The notes: generated from the sequence alone by a model not told the origin. Counted from the first letter of the whole stretch, positions 47,955 to 61,661 are shown. The stretch is DNA of 62,917 nt, filler included, from Perkinsus chesapeaki ATCC PRA-425 (GCA_013115145.1; 11 parts of 11 records of this genome joined end to end with filler, not necessarily neighbours in it); one strand, 5' to 3'. Numbers and translations: made by a program.

Positions 47955-49406
47955 TCATTTTCCTAGTAGCTTCGCTCGCCTCTGGGCTCTAAGAACTGGC
48001 TTATCTGCCGGAGCGGCTGCCTTCACGACGTCGTCGTCATCCTCTTCGTCGCAAGGAAGAGGCGCGATTTCCTTGCGAACACGCTTATTCGACGGCTCAG
48101 CTGACTTCCGTCGCAACCTTCTTCTCCTGGCTCCAGCCCAAGTACGAAGCACCTCACGCAAAAATCCCATGTCTGATACATCAGTAGTGGCCCCCATTGT
48201 CTTGGACATTGTTATTCGTACCAATGCAGGTAGATGCATATGTAATCGCATTCTGAAACGTGAGCGCAATCTAGAGAGAGCACTAAATACGCGCTCGGCG
48301 TCCGCAGAAGTTGGTGCAACAACCAAACAGACTCTACGGTAGAACCTCCATGCATTCGACACACCAGGAGCATCAAGGAGATGGACATCGATTTTAGCCG
48401 CGCCGGAGTCCTTCAGCCGCATATATGCTGCTCGGATAAGCTTGTAGTCGGTAACAAATTTAGACGCGTCCAAAGCCTGAGAATCTGCTCCCAATCTGTC
48501 AATGAGCTCGGAAAATTCCTTTTTCATAATAGTATCAGGGTAGTAGTGGCCCAAGTCAAGCAGCGACATCCACGCGGCCTCCTTAGCAGGGAAACGAGCG
48601 TGCATGTGCTCAATCAAACCGTCACGAAGCGCAGATATTTCTTCAGTTAGATTATCAACTGCCCTCAATTGAACAGCAGTTGAGTCCAACAGTGCCAACG
48701 CAGTCCAAAGGTCGAGCTTGCAATCTTGTAAGCGCTTTGTTAGTAGACCACACGGTCGAAGAAGACGAATAACAGAAAGCATCTCATTGGAATAGCTTTC
48801 AATAGTCTCAGGGAGGAACTCGTAGTCACCGTTGTCCCCTCACCAGGTTAGGCTTACTATTGAGGTACTCTGCTATAGCATCCTTTGAGGAATATAGAGT
48901 TTGAAGGCAGTTAAGTTTTGATAACCATCTCACGTCCTGCAGAGCCGTAAGTATGGTTATTCTGCCATAAGCCTCTTCCATCATTTTCAGTTCTTTCCTG
49001 CGCTGACCTGAGCGATTAAATATGTTGTAGGCAATGCGTAAACTTCTTTCCAAGTGGGAGCATATAGGATTGCCCTTCCAGCAATCAAGACAGCCAAGAC
49101 AGCCAAATCAAGTCTAGCGCAGTGGCATATCAGCCATCCACCATCATCCTCTGACTTAACTGCTTGAGCAGCAGACAACATGGCCGACACGCCATCCGAG
49201 GTCCACCCGTAGCACTTCGATAGCGAGACGTTGTCCCGTATATGCAAATTACGGATTTCCTCTGCGATGGTGGCGGCTTTCCCGTCTGGGACACAGATGA
49301 GGTCCCACAAGAGTGTCTCATCAGTGTCTGGGGAGCCATCGCTACCGGATTGTACACACCGTACCAGTACTGACATCCTGAAAATGCGGCATGTCTGGAA
49401 TTTCAA
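47955..49406 (-). mobile_element. Decayed, 5'-truncated hAT (ZNF862-like) transposase
   Basis: Three frames are joined by two frameshifts: VPDGKAATI...GWTSDGVSAM...HCARLDLAV; DVRWLSK; LLRPCGLLTKRLQ; VAPTSADAERVFSAL. A possible terminus CAGGGCGCAGAC lies at 47781. Confidence 0.8.
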
Positions 49407-49420
49407 GGTGCTAGGTCATA

Positions 49421-49490
49421 GTCGCTACCCGGATTTGAACAGGGTTGTCACGGCCACAACGTGACGTCCTAGCCACTAGACGATAGCGAC
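49421..49490 (-). tRNA. tRNA-His(GTG), with one T-stem defect (possibly a pseudogene)
   Basis: The minus strand reads GTCGCTA TC GTCTAGTGGCTAGGAC G TCACG TTGTGGC CGTGA CAACCCTG TTCAAAT CCGGG TAGCGAC. Acceptor and anticodon stems pair perfectly. Confidence 0.8.
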
Positions 49491-49611
49491 TCAAACCTCG
49501 ATCATCTAGTAGGTCGTTCCCGCGTAATAAGCCAAACTTTATGCCAAGAGGCTCGGCTAGTCGAGATTCGGTGACAGTTTGGCCAAGTGGTCAAATAAGC
49601 GCCAGGGTTTC

Positions 49612-49921
49612 GAAATAAGCAGCTGCACGGGAAAAACGAGACGTTTCCGACTTTTGTGACTGCACGCAACTTGCCCAACGCCAGTATGATCATTCATCGG
49701 CTGTGTCACCTGCAGCACTCACCGACAGTTTGGTCGAGTGGTCTAAGGCGCTGGCTTTAGGCGCCAGTCCGTAAGGGCCTGGGTTCGAACTCCACAGCTG
49801 TCACGGTTTCACCATGTGGGGTGATCTCTCTTTCGCGTTTTGCGGAAATAAGCAGCTGCGCGGGAAAAACGAGACGTTTCTGACTTTTGTGACTGCACGC
49901 AACTTGCCCAACGCCAGTGTG
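49612..49921. repeat. Tandem unit of about 233 bp carrying tRNA-Leu (array runs into the contig end)
   Basis: GAAATAAGCAGCTGC...GCCCAACGCCAGT occurs at 49612 and 49845. A collapsed tRNA 5' end GACAGTTTGGCCAAGTGGTC lies at 49573. Confidence 0.8.
49724..49803 (+). tRNA. tRNA-Leu(TAG)
   Basis: GACAGTT...AGCTGTCA acceptor stem, CTGGC-TTTAGGC-GCCAG anticodon arm, long variable arm TCCGTAAGGG and GGTTCGAAC T-loop. Confidence 0.85.
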
Positions 49922-52663
49922 NNNNNNNNNNNNNNNNNNNNNNNNNNNNNNNNNNNNNNNNNNNNTTAATTAATTAANNNNNNNNNNNNNNNNNNNNNNN
50001 NNNNNNNNNNNNNNNNNNNNNGACAAGTTCCACTAGAGACGCCCCGCGCTAAAGTGATGAGGAAGAGGCGCGCTCCATTGGTGGTGGTACACGTGCGGTG
50101 CGAACCCCAATCGGGTACTTATCCCTACTACTTGGTCTAATACATGATAAACCATAATAACGATATTAGCGGTGGCAGCCCACCGGGAGCTACTCAGAAG
50201 CTCTTGGAAAGTTACGACCCTCATTACAAATAAACGGGTTTAAAACGGTTTTAGTAATCTTGCTCTCTCAGTAAGCCTTGCATTTACTCAACTTACCCTC
50301 GTGCAACTTGCACGAAATTGACCACAACGGTCATGGCCTAACAGAGTAGCCCCACTAGAGACCTATTCCACGTAAGTCCATCTAGGGCCAGACCTCGGAT
50401 AAATAGCTCTGATATCCCGTGGAAAAAATCGGGCCGAACGTCGGCGTTTACCCCTCTTAACCAGCCTCCTAGGGGTTTGCCCACCTTCAGCCCAAAGTGC
50501 TCACGTTCAGGCCGGGTCGGTAGATAGCAGATTTTGGACGGGGTAATTACTTCGGTAGGATAATTCATTCACCATTTTGGGAATGCGATATTATGGCTGA
50601 TAGGGACTTGCATTATGGCTGCAGGGGTACCGTCAGTTATCTGTGACGATGCTGTCCATTATTACTCTAAATCGCTACCCGTTGCTGCACGAATTATCCG
50701 TTCTCGACTGTTTGTTGGTTAAGGTTGACTTCAATAACTTAGGTTTCATAGAGCGAATGTGAACTACTATTACCAAGTTCACCACCACTAGCAGTACCTT
50801 AGTGACTTTCCAGTCGGATGGTTTGTCGATGCTGTCTTTACCTTTTCATGCCTCAAATTCTCATCCTTCGTTCCTAGGGAATATCGTAGAAGATCTATGC
50901 TTCAAGCGGAAAAATTTTGAGAATTTTCATTTTTTTCACTTTAAACGAGTCGCGAGTAATAGCTCATTCAAATCAAATGGCATCCATTGCGAACCCTCAA
51001 GAGAGGTGGAATCTATGGGAGAAGTGTCGCCTATTAGATCGGTAAATTTCCAAATTGTGTAACTTGGTTCAGATTGCTGCTAATCTGGGTAATGCATGTA
51101 TATTTTAATCGTGTACTGAGTATTCGATTATTTACTGTGAAGAATTTCATGGTTTTGTAGTTTTTAAGAAGCTGTCACATTATAATGATCTATTCCACCG
51201 TGGTTTGGAAACATCTTGCGGGAATTTAAAATTATCGCAGTTTGATCATCATTTCCTAGCTTGGTATCTTAGAACGTGGATGCGCCTACATTCGGAGGAA
51301 ATAAGAAGAATCTACGAGGCGAAATTCTGATCGATCTTGGCGGCTTTTGTGATGCTATCAAAGGAGTTGATTGGAAGGATGAAGAAGACAACGAAATTTC
51401 ACAATACTGATTTTGCATTTGGACATGATAGTAAGAAGAGAAAGGTGAATATGTATAAGAGAAACCTGTTGCTGAGTATATATAATTATATATGTAATGT
51501 AAACATATTGCGTAGATAGTCACTAGCACTTACCTGTGTGCTTATCGATTGGTAAGAGCGATGAAATAACCGGTACTGCTAGCAGGCGAGCTCCAGTAGA
51601 TCCCTTATTACGTTACGTGGCTCGAAGCTCCCGATATGACCAGTGCCTTGGGACGAAATTGCGGATAGAAGACGCTTGTTGTTAACACGTTCTGTATCTG
51701 AAAGGTAACTCGGTGAATTTATTTGCGGCAAAATCTGAAATGGGTTACCAGGTTGTCACTACTAGTTCAATGTCAACATTTATTTCCTGATTTACAAACA
51801 TAATATATTCAGTCCCTATATCGCAAAGCTGACTGTAGAACTAGTAGGCTGTATTGATTGTCTATCTCCCTTCGGATATACCTCATCCTTGTGATGTTTA
51901 TGTTACTGCACTAGTGACTGCTCTATTAGGGTGTGGTCGAGGGCATTGTGAAGGGCTATTTCTGTATCATAGATTACCAAGGTGAAGTAAGAGAGAAAGA
52001 TACTAATTAGGTTACGTTTCCCGCATTCACATGGACCTTGGATATTCCAGCACCAGGATTTCCCTAGCTATTTTGTGCGGACATTTTTGTGCGTTATTTT
52101 CCGGAAAAAAATATTTTCGTGATTTTTCCATTCTTTCAGATTGTTAAGTTACCAATAGGAATTCTCGAATGTCTCCCTATGTGACTTTGAATCATCACAA
52201 AGACGATGCATGTTGAGTTTGGTGATAGGAATGCCAGAGAGATGGAAGGTGCCGAGATGGGAACGTTACCTCCACCGTTTTCGTGGATAGCTCCGTCGTT
52301 GCCGCACAGCTAGCGTTGTGCTGCAACGGAAAGCAAAGTTTTGCAATATTTAGAGATCGCCGGGAACTGCGTGGCATCTCAACGAAGTTTTCTCCGTCGC
52401 CCATCTTGGTGGATAGACAGCTCTGGATGAGGCAGCCGTATTGGGTTATGATTCTACTAGTAACATACTTTATGTCGTCTTCTTCTCCGCACCAGCAACA
52501 CTCGCCCAGGTTCCATTGGAATATGTAAATATAAAAAATCGATTGCGTGATCGATTGACTACTACTCATCAGATTCGTTATGAGAATCTTAGGTGGGTGA
52601 GGCGAAGATTCCCGAGAGGTTGATTGGATTGAGATTGTCTACATTTTTTAGTTTCTATTACTC

Positions 52664-53742
52664 ATGAAAGCGGATCGAACTCTCTCTATTTCCTCGGTGG
52701 CTACATCATCAACCTATGTCGAGCAGGTTATCGATACGATAGGCTACGGTCGCTTCCAGTACTGGTTGCTACTCCTCTGCTCAGTCGGCTACTTTGCTGT
52801 TTGCGCCGAACTCTTGGTGGTCGTCTTCATCCAGAGTGAGTTGATGAAAGAGTTCAACCTCACTCCAACAAGATACGCCATTTTTCCATTCCTCACTTCA
52901 TTGCTCAGCATGATATCCTCTACAGCGTTTGGTTATCTCAGTGATCGTTTTGGTCGTAAATGGCCATTTGTGATAACCCTTCTCATCTCCGCCGTGGCCG
53001 GGATAGCGTCAGCGTTTGCTTGGAGCTTCTGGTCAGTTGTTCTGTTTCGCTGTATTGTCGCCATTGGTCTTGGCGGCCTGTCTTCGCTAGATTATCTCAT
53101 ATATGTTGAATTCACCCCGGAATCTCGTCGAGGCCTCTACTCAACTGTTGTCTTTGTTGGTGGTTGTTTGGGCGTTCTCTACCTCGCTGGCGTCAACCTT
53201 TGCGATCTGTCCTTCTCGGGCATTCCTCAGTGGAGGGTACTACTCATACTGGCTGCGGCGCCTTTGCTGCCTGCTGGACTACTACGTTGGTATTTCCGGT
53301 GCGAGACCCCAAGATATCTTATGGCGAGACGGAAGGTGTCGGAAGCTCATACCGTTCTGTTGCATATGGCTGACGAGAATCAATGCGAGCGTGGCACCGT
53401 TCCAGATTTGGACGAATTTACTGCGAGAACCGAAGAGGAATTCAGCAATGGGAAGTCGGGAATATCCGACACCGACCAGCTTGGTTTCCTGGAAGCTCTA
53501 CGTGATATCTATAATGGAGAAGAGTTCCTCCGAGTAACTTTACCATTGTGTTTCATTTGGCTCTTGCAAGCTACTGCTTATTGGGGACTTACACTGTTCT
53601 TGCCCGGCTTCCTTGTCGAGTCGGGTTTGGATGCCAACTTCACTATATTCCTAATGGTTCTGTGTGAGCTGCCCGGCGCGGCGACCATCGCCTTTATGCT
53701 CAAGAAGTTGTCCATGAGCGTATCTTTGCGTATCTTTCTGGG
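52664..53742 (+). CDS. MFS transporter (SV2/SVOP/organic-cation-like), 3'-truncated by a spacer
   Basis: VEQVIDTIGYGRFQ, GYLSDRFGRK (MFS motif A), YVEFTPESRRG, ETPRYL and multiple hydrophobic helices. Confidence 0.92.
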
Positions 53743-54925
53743 NNNNNNNNNNNNNNNNNNNNNNNNNNNNNNNNNNNNNNNNNNNNTTAATTAATTAANN
53801 NNNNNNNNNNNNNNNNNNNNNNNNNNNNNNNNNNNNNNNNNNACCGGATGTGTTCGAGACAACTCTCGATCACGGCTCACATGTTTGGCTCTGTAGATAT
53901 ACCACTGTAATGCGAAGTGAAGCTCCGGACACTGTTTGCTCGTTTAAACATCATCACGGTTATGAGATTATAACACTAAAGGAGCGTTGACTTAATCCCT
54001 AGTCCGACTACGTCTGTCCTCGTGTGCCAGCAGACTAGTCCCACACAAAGATAAAACCAGTAACCGAGACAATATTGCACTTCTTGCTAAATTAGTTCGT
54101 AGTTGGTGACCTTAGTGAGCTTCTTTTTGTGGCTTCATTTAACAACCCAACGACATTTTGAATGAGTTAAAGGGTTCGAAGCTGCTCCCAAGAACATCTT
54201 CAATGAGTGATTATAATAATAGTGTTTGTGTTGTTCATTGCCGCTAGGTTGTAAATTTTGATCCTTCCTGCAGTGCCATCGAGGATCGAGATTAAATACA
54301 GCAGACAGTTTAGTACATAACAACCTGTCATGAACATAGTTAGTCAAAGCCTTCCATTGAAGAGTCTAATGAATCGTGTAAGCTGTCAAAATCACCGTGT
54401 TTATCAAATCCTTGAGCAGATGAACTATGAGCGAACTTCCTAGCAACACGACTCGCATAGAGAGGCATATGAGATAAACAAAAAGGCTCTTATTCTGGAG
54501 CGGGCCAGAAGCGCTCGGGGTTCTCGCGGAAATAGCACAGCTATCAGTCGAGATCACTCAGATACTGTCGTGGTGAAGCCAGATCACTTGAACTCAAATC
54601 CAGGGATTCTGAATATAGTGGATTGACCAAAGAGGCACTAACCTCAACCATTAGAAAGCGTTATGATAGGCCTAAGTGTGAAAAACGCCACTACTCCAAA
54701 CAAAGAGAAAACCCATCGATCGGTCTGATCAGCCCAGCGCAGCGATTACAGGCGTCGGATTCCACTAATACTTCCTGCCAGAACTACACCCGTCACGCAT
54801 GGGACCGTGAAGCGCGGCGCAAAAAAATAAGATTATAGTGAGACGAAGAGCGGGAATAGCATCCTTCCACGACTCGAGTTACAGAAAATAAATATTAAAT
54901 ACTAAGTATCGTGAACACTGTAGTG

Positions 54926-55813
54926 TTAGTGTAGTTCATTCTTGACGAAATCTCTCATCATTTGCAGCGCAGCCTCGGGTACGTCCTCCGCAACATAGTA
55001 TCCAGCGTTGAAAACCTGACAATTTTGCAAATACCCCAGATTCACGAATACAGCACGAGCACATGACGGGCATATTCTTACCAACGAGTTCATGTGTGTC
55101 CAGGCTACGCCAGGAACACCCAGGCTTTTTCTCACTTCACCATTGTAGGCCATTAGAGGATATAAGGGAAATCTAACACATTACATTGTTGGATATTCCT
55201 TTCCCATCATACTTACTGAGCTGTAGGTGAAAACCAACCATTTCCAATAATGACCCCTTTCAGGTTAATGTTACTTCTTGATATCGATAGAAATGTTATC
55301 AAAATATCTTAGATGTGACCTAAACTCTGTGACCCTGAGACTCAAAAGCTTGGAAAAGGAGCCGATCTCACCTGCGTACGACTGTCCGACAAGGAAAGCA
55401 TCAGTGTCATTGTAGCGATACGTTTTGAAGAATTCCTGTAAAGCGTGGAGACTGAGAGGGGTAATGAACATTGGAATTGTATTTGCAGTCATGGGTACTT
55501 ACAGCATGAATGGTACAGTTACGGCGTATTTATGGTCTATCTGTGTGTAACCAACGGTTCCAGGAGCATCAATGTAAAGCACATTGGCGAATGAGTTGTA
55601 GGAGTACCTAAAAGCTATAGCTGGTTAGTGATGAGCTACTTGTACTCACATGTTCAAAGTAGTGCTCATACCATCTTCGCCTAGTAAACATGGCCCACCA
55701 TTACCAGAGACAACAGAATACATAGTACTGGCACCAGGATCACCTTGAATATGAATCAAAGTTGGGGCCTTTTTAAGGAAAGAGCGGGCAACAAAGTACC
55801 AGAAGAATAGTCT
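54926..55813 (-). pseudogene. Serine carboxypeptidase (S10)-like gene, probably inactive or a pseudogene
   Basis: The exons read LFFWYFVARS...IQGDPGAS, YSYNSFANVLYIDAPGTVGY, FLVGQSYAG, INLKGVIIGNGW, EVRKSLGV and QVFNAGYYVAEDVPEAALQM. The catalytic His position reads Tyr, there is an in-frame TAA after GHI, and no catalytic-Asp segment was found. Confidence 0.75.
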
Positions 55814-57226
55814 GAGGAATGGATCATAATGACTTAGGCAGCGACCTACAACTACTTATGATGTGTTCTAAAATATCCCGATTCCTGATGAGCCTTTGAA
55901 TCACATAGAACCACCTTGTCCTCTATCAAACTGCGAGTATCTGAGCAGAATTGATCACTGGTGCACCAATCAAGATAACCGAGTCGTACTAAGGTTTGCT
56001 TTTCCTGAAGTTTCTGAGAGTTCAATTCCCTATACAAGCAGTGGATACACAGCAGCACGTAGTATGACGCAGTTGGCGACTCTGGCTATCTTCATGAGAG
56101 TTACCGACAATAATACCTACACTAAACTATCTTTGCCTTGGATGTACAAGAGGTTATGAAGGCTCTGGGAGTGCGCAGTACTTAGATCACATGTATGTAC
56201 ATGTTAAATACTGTATATCATCACGGTGCAGCATGCCTATGAGCTTGGCTATACCAAAGCTATACGTACATAAATATATTGGAAGCACCTAAGCTGGCTG
56301 ACCCAACACTTCGTTCTATTTCATATGGTCGATAGAGACCAAGAAGGCCATCGAGTTAGTAGCGGTACTTGAGCTCAGAACAGCGGTTCTGGCTCGATCC
56401 AATGAGAGAGGGGTGTACCCACGGTGTTTACAAAACTTCCGAGAGCCTTTGAGCAAGCCATTTTATCCCAATTTGCCCACTGGGCAACGGCGTGAGTTGA
56501 CTTGTCACTGTCCCAATTAGGGATATGGTGAAGCGGCGGCTGACGGCTCAAGTCGGTAGTTAGTGCGGACATCCTCACTTAATGGGGCCCCGCTAGAGAT
56601 CAGATTGGTATACGGGGATGGGAGGCCAGTGAATATAGAGTTTCACTAGAACGTGCGTGAGCCCAAATCCAATCATCAACACTGCAAGCATCAACGATGC
56701 TACACTGTACGGACAAGTTTCAAGTGTGACTGCAGAGAACCAGCAACCGAAATAATTATTCACTTCAGTGCGCAGTCACGAATTGTATGCGGCAAAATTC
56801 CGCTGTTATGATAGGTTGGAAAACTTACGCTGTTGCACGTATCTTAGCTCTGGCGCAAAACAAGTCTAACAAGTTTATAGTACGATCACTCGTTGTGAAT
56901 TGCCTACTGGTTATCTCGGGCTGAATTCTCGTTTCACAACTTCCTTGTACAACATCAATCACTGTGCAGGATATGAGGAGAGACTACCGGTGATTTACAA
57001 GTTCGACACGTCCTCATTTCAGCGGCTGATGGCTTCCTGCACGCACGTTGTGGAGGCTTGTGAGCTGTGTTACCGCTGTTCATCAAGGATCTGGTGGACA
57101 CGGTGATTGTGACACCTCACTTGCGCGCCGCCGCTCCACCTGGGCGGCGGAGCTTTCTTGCGAAGGCACGGGGAATCTAATAGATCGTTGCACTTTGTTT
57201 CTCACGCAGCTAGTCACCTTTACACT

Positions 57227-57375
57227 ATGGCAAGCTTCGTTAATACATTTGTGGCCCTCATCATTTGTGTTTCTATGTTGGCGTTGATAGGAGCAGACTC
57301 AGTGGCGGAGAATGCAACATGGACTGATGAGAAGGCTACACTCCTCCACCAAGGAAGAATGAGATCTTTTTGGAT
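57227..57375 (+). CDS. 5' end of a secreted protein (truncated by a spacer)
   Basis: MASFVNTFVALIICVSMLALIGADS... is a signal-peptide-like start. Confidence 0.4.
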
Positions 57376-57475
57376 NNNNNNNNNNNNNNNNNNNNNNNNN
57401 NNNNNNNNNNNNNNNNNNNTTAATTAATTAANNNNNNNNNNNNNNNNNNNNNNNNNNNNNNNNNNNNNNNNNNNN

Positions 57476-57554
57476 CCACTTCAATATACCCTGGGAGGTG
57501 GTAGTGGTGGTTTAGTATCGGCCACTTCAATATACCCTGGGAGGTGGTGGTTTA
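57476..57554. repeat. Tandem duplication, period 46 bp
   Basis: CCACTTCAATATACCCTGGGAGGTGGT occurs at 57476 and 57522. Confidence 0.85.
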
Positions 57555-57943
57555 AGAACTTCCAATTCGCCACCATCATCTAGTAATTACATTTTGGAAC
57601 TTTAATGAAAACAATTTCGAATAATTCAGAATTGTATATTATATAGAAAGATCAATTTCGACACGTACTTCCAAACTCGAGGTTGACTTAGGTACAGAGA
57701 AAACCAAAGACATGGCCATGATATTATCATGATGATAGCGTTTCCTAGACAGAGCAACTGGGTGACTGTCACCCTCCGACAGGCATGTCCGTCATGTTGG
57801 CGGCCCTATTGAGCATGCCCACAACGTGCCCACAGAATTCACCCGCCATCTGTACGGTTACAGCGTGACGGTGCCTCCTAGCCATATCCTCCATTCCTTG
57901 CATCCTGAACCCCTGAAGACCGCCCTACGACATCAGCGACCTT

Positions 57944-57988
57944 TGGAATACTAGAATGGAATGCTGGAATACTAGAATTGAATGCTGG
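57944..57988. repeat. 21-bp tandem repeat, about 2 copies
   Basis: TGGAATACTAGAAT(G/T)GAATGC x2. Confidence 0.8.
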
Positions 57989-59607
57989 TTACTCGCGTCA
58001 AGCTCGTGACTGAGGATTCATCTAGCCCACCGTCCGGGCCCCTGGACTCCGGGGACGCATTTCCGTGAGACACGGAAACGCATTCCTTTCGAAAACAGCT
58101 GATGTTTCTTTCTCCCCTGACTCCATGCTGATCACCCCCGAGAACTTGCGAGGCGATCTTGTCCGAATGACGCTACTTGATCGCAGAAGTAAATGAAGGG
58201 CCTCATTCTGGAATGCTCTTCGAGGTTTCCACGTCCATAAATAATTAAAAACTGTTAACTCGACAGGCGTACTCTAACACCTTATAAATTGACCTCTACA
58301 TGAGCCTAAAAGCTAGCATTCTCGCCGGAGACCGCTCGCGGTTTGCTTACCTCAGTTCGTTCAAAAGTTTCTCTTTTCGCTCCAAGATAGATACGAGTTC
58401 AATAAGGCGCGCAGCGCCGCGCTTCACTGAAATTATTAATTCCAACTTGAGATGCGCAATTTCACTACTCGCTGGACTTTGCGGCGATTTTCTGGACCCT
58501 CGATCATCGTAAGATTCCTCGAGACACCGGACTTTCTCCTCGAGCTGGATTTAAAAACATCTCCACTTTCCCCAATCCACACTTACCTGTGCGATTTCCC
58601 GTTCGAGCCTGCGTATGCGACTGGCAGGTTTTATACCATCACCGATGATGACTTCACTCAAATCGGGACCGACCGGTATCTACCGAGATGTCCTGTCCAT
58701 GCAGGTCGACGTGAAAAATTTCTAGCATTCCGTTAGGCTGTAATGACGCATAGTACAGGATACTTAGACAAAGCCAATTAAAAAGCTTGCGAGATCTAGT
58801 CGCAAAGGCATCATAAGGAAATACTACCAAGCAGCTCGCTAGAGTTGCACTATTCTTACCAAATAGTGTCGGCCAACGAGCATCATTTTGGGGACTGTCC
58901 CCCGAATCCCCCTATAAGCTTGAAGAGCTTGACTGATAGGAGCCCTTGGAGTTAACTCCGGCGTGGTATCTTCGCTTGATTCGGACATTTATCAAACTCA
59001 GCTGGTAAGATAAATAATAACGGGACGCCCAAGTGTGGCTTGGAGTGATATAGTGGTTGTCTTTAACAAGTAAAATGGCATGGCCTTTTGCAGCAGCCCT
59101 CGAGATATCCTTGTCATAGGGAATGCACCCTTTCGTAAATGCTGGAAAAATTGAGCTCCATGATCCACAGGCAACGTCACCTGTGAAATTTCTAAAAACG
59201 ATTTTCTTCTTCGCCGACGCTCGCAGGCCGGGGGATACAATTCACCGATGAAAAATGTGATTCTATATCAGACTAGTTTAAGACACAGCGAACTCAAGTT
59301 CAGTATTATCCCGTTGTTTTCGGAGCTCCGTAGGATTAAGCGTTGGAATCATTTTAGAGGAGAGATTATGAATGGACTGACGAAAAGACCACCAATTTTC
59401 TCTCTAGCAAAAAACGGAATAATGGAGTGCCTGGGATTTGAACTTCGAACCGACGGATCGAAATAATTTCAATAAAGGAAATGTAAGTTTTCCAAGGAGC
59501 GTTTCGCTCTCCCTGGCATAAGGCGCGCCGCGAAAATACCGTCACTCGCCTCTAAATTCCCGAGTTTGCGGCAAAAATTTGGAGCCAAACGGGCTGTTCA
59601 GCAAACG

Positions 59608-59690
59608 AATTCTGAAATTCAGAATTGATTCCAGAATGAGTTATGTCAAAAACGCGTTCAGAGAACTGATTCCAGAATTAATTCCAGAAT
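59608..59690. repeat. AATTCTGAAATTCAGAAT...TTCCAGAAT repeat family member
   Basis: Aligns with 40636-40716. Confidence 0.65.
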
Positions 59691-61661
59691 GTTGCCGCTA
59701 AAAGGTTTCGTGTAGTTTTTCAGCCCTTTTTCTCATATCCACAGAGTTGGGCGACCCTCGAACTTCCTTCCTCAGTTCACAGAACTGCAAACATATGATT
59801 TAATATGCTGTACATGAGGCATTGCGATGGGTCAATTTTTCAACTTGAGATGAACCAACGCAATTACCAATATTCTACCAGAGATTTCGGGTTCCGGAAC
59901 TGTAAACAGAGGAAAAGCTCAAAAATGATATTCCGAATGGTAACAGGCCTGGTTCACGTCGTAGCAATCATACGACCGGCTGTCGGTGACTGCTTTGGCG
60001 AGACGGGCATTGCAAATTTTGAATTCCAAATTAATTGGGCGGAGGTATTGCAACCCGGATGCCAAGTGACTTGGCCCTAGTCTCTGCAAGTTGTTCAACT
60101 GTTTGGATTCGGTCATGAGTGTTTCGACTTCCAACGAGCAGATATTATTCCTATATATCAATGATATAATATCATGGTCAATGAATCATAAGATATGATT
60201 AGTCTATCAAACCAGACGAATGCTAGATTCATAGTAAGAATCATGGTCGTAGCCTGATTATCATGTCATCTAGACACACCTACGTTTGTTGGTCCCCTCC
60301 CTTTCCAGACCCACTACTAGATGAAACACGACGCTGGGATGGCATGAGGTATACGAGTNNNNNNNNNNNNNNNNNNNNNNNNNNNNNNNNNNNNNNNNNN
60401 NNTTAATTAATTAANNNNNNNNNNNNNNNNNNNNNNNNNNNNNNNNNNNNNNNNNNNNCTCGAATACCGTGTAGGACAAATCGCGCTGCACAATTCACCA
60501 AATCTTCCGCTGCGTGAATAAAGGCCGATTGAGCGCTTGTTTCTCTACTAACCTTGGATACTTCGTAACCTTTCATTCCGTACAATTTATTCGAGACCGT
60601 CAGATATCTCGCATCACGCTACTGCGATTTCGATTCTTAAAATGACTCGATGAGAAAATCGACTCGACTTGAGTCCCCCTCTTGAAACCCCATCCAGAAA
60701 GACTCAATCACAAGTCCATGCTTGTCCGAATGGATCTAGGCCTAGTCGAACTACTCTGGCTAGAGCTGTTTTAGTAGAAGGCTTTTTACTGACGTCGAGT
60801 CACTCGATCGTCGAGGCTCCACCGTAGTGGTATATGCGTACACCATGACAAGAGAGCTACGGCAGAAATAGATCAATCGGGCGACCTGTATACTTGTAGC
60901 AACAGAAATGTACGCAATACAGAACGCAAGGGAATTGGCCACTGACAGACGCAATACTATCACAGCATAAAAGTGAAAAAAGCGGAATGATCTAGCTGGA
61001 TAGAAAATAAATGTTGCTTGAGCCAGGTTTGGTGGCTCTCGGATACTCGACAACGCATGGCTCGATGGACAGCTCAGCATCCGCCAACGACAAGACTCAA
61101 CAAAGGTATCAATACCAGGGTGACCCTAGCGGGGTCCAACAAACATAAATTGCAGTCCAATAAAGAGAGCTCATTCGACTTAGTTGTATAGCGGACCGAC
61201 CACCGACGACGAAAACGGGTAAGGTGTTGCTGCAACACTTCTGCAGCCATAACAAGGCCTTAGTAAAACCCAACATACGTCAATAATGTCACACACTACG
61301 CTAGGCGTGTCACGACATAAGACTCACCCGTGTAGCAGACTGACTATCAACACTGGGAGTGAGTACGGAGGACTTGGGTTAGTAGATTCGTTCTAGTGGG
61401 CATGGAAAACGTTGATAGAATCAGTAATCAGGAAAAACGTGTAGACAATGCCTCGTTATGTTATTCGACGCATGTTCCAGGCGTGAGGCCATCTCTGAAT
61501 ACTGGGTATAGGTCCGGACTCCTCATGATACCGCAAGGGCCTAATTGTAAGACTGTATCGANNNNNNNNNNNNNNNNNNNNNNNNNNNNNNNNNNNNNNN
61601 NNNNNTTAATTAATTAANNNNNNNNNNNNNNNNNNNNNNNNNNNNNNNNNNNNNNNNNNNN

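Noticed and set aside
52195-52623. Overlapping short ORFs upstream of the MFS gene
   Set aside because: These are mutually overlapping frames with no recognisable product.
58900-59170. Possible apurinic-endonuclease fragment of a LINE on the minus strand (RAAAKGHAILLVKDN)
   Set aside because: It is a single weak motif with stops, and no RT is nearby.
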